Part shown: positions 37,758 to 38,895 of the stretch, piece by piece
Numbering within the stretch: position 1 is the stretch's first letter
Layout: the number at the start of each line of letters is the position of its first letter
NCBI GenBank assembly: GCA_044346795.1
Contig: JBIIYN010000001.1
Coordinates: 1 to 38,895 of the forward strand
DNA from: Pirellulales bacterium
GTDB lineage: Bacteria > Planctomycetota > Planctomycetia > Pirellulales > UBA1268
Length of the DNA stretch: 38,895 nt
Reading direction: 5' to 3'
Made by a program: the position numbers and the translations under genes
Notes under the pieces: model-generated
Told to the model about the DNA's origin: nothing
What the model saw: only the letters and a program-made list of their open reading frames with translations
Databases searched by the model: none

Positions 37758-38294
37758 TCACCCAGCCCCCGCCGATCGACCGGCTCTGGGTGTCGCTGGG
37801 GGCGCCGGCACCCGCTTGAGCGTCACGAGCATCCGGCCGCTGCGTTTCGGGGCTTCGAATTGGTCCGGCCTGGGCTTTCCATCAGGGACGATGCAGAGCA
37901 CGCGGGTATCGCCATCAAGCCGGTAGATTCCCCGGTACCGAGTCGGCTTGATGCCCTGACTTCCGAGCGTCTCCATCTCGAACGTCTTCGGGGAGCCTTC
38001 CTGGTGATTCGTGCTCGCGCCTTCGGCCACCGGGATGCTCCGAAACATCACCGCCCACGAGCCGTCGGCTGCGTACAGGACCTGAAACAGCGACAGGAAC
38101 GCAGGGTCCATGGGTTTGCCGTCCCACTCGACCGAAACCACGGCCCAGCGCCCCACGGAGGCGGCCCGGTCGTCAGGAGTTGGGGCAACGGGAGTCTGGG
38201 CGTATGTCAGGGCCATGACCGCCAGCCAGGCCGCCGAAGCTACGCACAAGCCGACAAGGCGATGTGCGCTGGTCGCCGAAGCCAACGGAGACAT
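37758..38294 (-). CDS. TIGR03067-family (Planctomycetes uncharacterised domain) secreted protein, 178 aa
   Basis: ORF 37758..38312. I prefer ATG 38292-38294 (MSPLASA..), which overlaps the upstream stop as TGATG; ATG 38312 is the alternative. Signal peptide, then GRWAVVSVEWDGKPM...GSPKTFEME...YRGIYRLDGDTRVLCIVPDGKPRPDQFEAP...MLVTLKR. Confidence 0.8.
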   Translation of the reverse strand: MSPLASATSAHRLVGLCVASAAWLAVMALTYAQTPVAPTPDDRAASVGRWAVVSVEWDGKPMDPAFLSLFQVLYAADGSWAVMFRSIPVAEGASTNHQEGSPKTFEMETLGSQGIKPTRYRGIYRLDGDTRVLCIVPDGKPRPDQFEAPKRSGRMLVTLKRVPAPPATPRAGRSAGAG

Positions 38295-38806
38295 CAGCCG
38301 AATGTGGCGCATGGCACAGCCGCCTCAACTGGCCCCAGCTTTCGTCGCATGGCATCGGCGAACTCCCTGGCCCGCTCGAGGTCGCGCTCGTCGGGGTGTG
38401 TTCTGTTCAGTCCGCCGGTAAGCCAAAGCGGGCCCCAAGTGTCATACCCGCCGCAGGAGAACTCGCCGAAAACGTGAAACCCCTTGCGGGCCAGGAGGCG
38501 GCGCAGAGGCCGGTGCCAAAACCAAGCCAGCTGCGGGAGCCCGGACGTGGAGAAGACGAACGCGGGCGTCATGGACTCCGGGGACTCTGGCAGGCCCTGA
38601 AGCCATCCATAGAGTCCGTCGTGCATCCGGCCGTAGTACACACCGGAGCCGAAGCCCACGAGCGGACAGTCCTGCAGGCTCGCATAGGGCACTGCCTCGG
38701 GGGCCGCTATCTCGGCGCCAAGCACGCCCGCCATAGCGTCGGCGACCTTGGCGGTGTTCCCATGGTGGACCGACTTGCACAGGATCAGGGGACGGGCAGT
38801 CGCCAT
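38294..38806 (-). CDS. Flavodoxin-like family protein, 170 aa
   Basis: In frame with ORF 38294..38872. ATG 38804-38806 lies 8 nt after GGAGA. Blocks are LILCKSVHHGNTAKVA (FMN-phosphate loop position), PLVGFGSGVYYG and AFVFSTSG. Confidence 0.7.
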   Translation of the reverse strand: MATARPLILCKSVHHGNTAKVADAMAGVLGAEIAAPEAVPYASLQDCPLVGFGSGVYYGRMHDGLYGWLQGLPESPESMTPAFVFSTSGLPQLAWFWHRPLRRLLARKGFHVFGEFSCGGYDTWGPLWLTGGLNRTHPDERDLERAREFADAMRRKLGPVEAAVPCATFG

Positions 38807-38895
38807 GGCAGGGTCTCCATGGCCAATCCTACGGGCCAGCCGGAGGCTGGAATGGCGGTCGAGCCAAACCACGGCTTTGGCTCCGACCGCCCGGG

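Noticed and set aside
1-38895. A search by eye for CRISPR arrays, tRNA/rRNA genes, riboswitch-like leaders and long exact nucleotide repeats.
   Set aside because: No regularly spaced direct repeats, no cloverleaf-like or rRNA-like conserved segments, and no long identical DNA repeats were seen. The two cassette arms are similar but clearly diverged. This is a by-eye negative, not a computed one.

Overview
This 38.9-kb window is visibly very GC-rich, which produces long spurious ORFs in all six frames. GC content was not computed. The gene content is the hallmark repertoire of Planctomycetota/PVC bacteria: three DUF1501 genes, two BIG2-DUF1549-DUF1553 genes, two PSCyt1-WD40 genes, PSCyt3/DUF1587..DUF1585-type and DUF1552 genes, plus DUF1080, TIGR03067, FGE-like and LRR proteins. 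I call 20 apparently intact CDSs, one doubtful small ORF, two internally deleted pseudogenes and one IS3-family transposase relic. I saw no rRNA, tRNA or CRISPR array. (1) The main structure is an uncharacterised three-gene cassette: a heme-motif BIG2-DUF1549-DUF1553 protein, then a ~980-aa secreted PPC/Ig-like protein, then a ~1035-aa PSCyt1 + split-WD40 protein. It occurs twice as diverged mirror-image copies (3376-11995 minus; 14334-22927 plus) on either side of a signal-less NPP-type phosphodiesterase gene. Each arm is followed by a DUF1501 gene, and the two large proteins of each cassette carry matching Ala/Lys/Glu-rich coiled-coil inserts. (2) A second operon runs DUF1552, then a fusion protein, then a PSCyt3-family protein, which is a non-canonical order. 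The fusion has a caspase-like domain lacking the catalytic Cys, an FGE-like domain lacking the catalytic Cys pair, and a recurring PVC C-terminal module. (3) A second PSCyt3-family/DUF1552 pair has decayed by internal deletions and lies next to the IS3 relic. All family labels come from motif recognition by eye, not from database searches.
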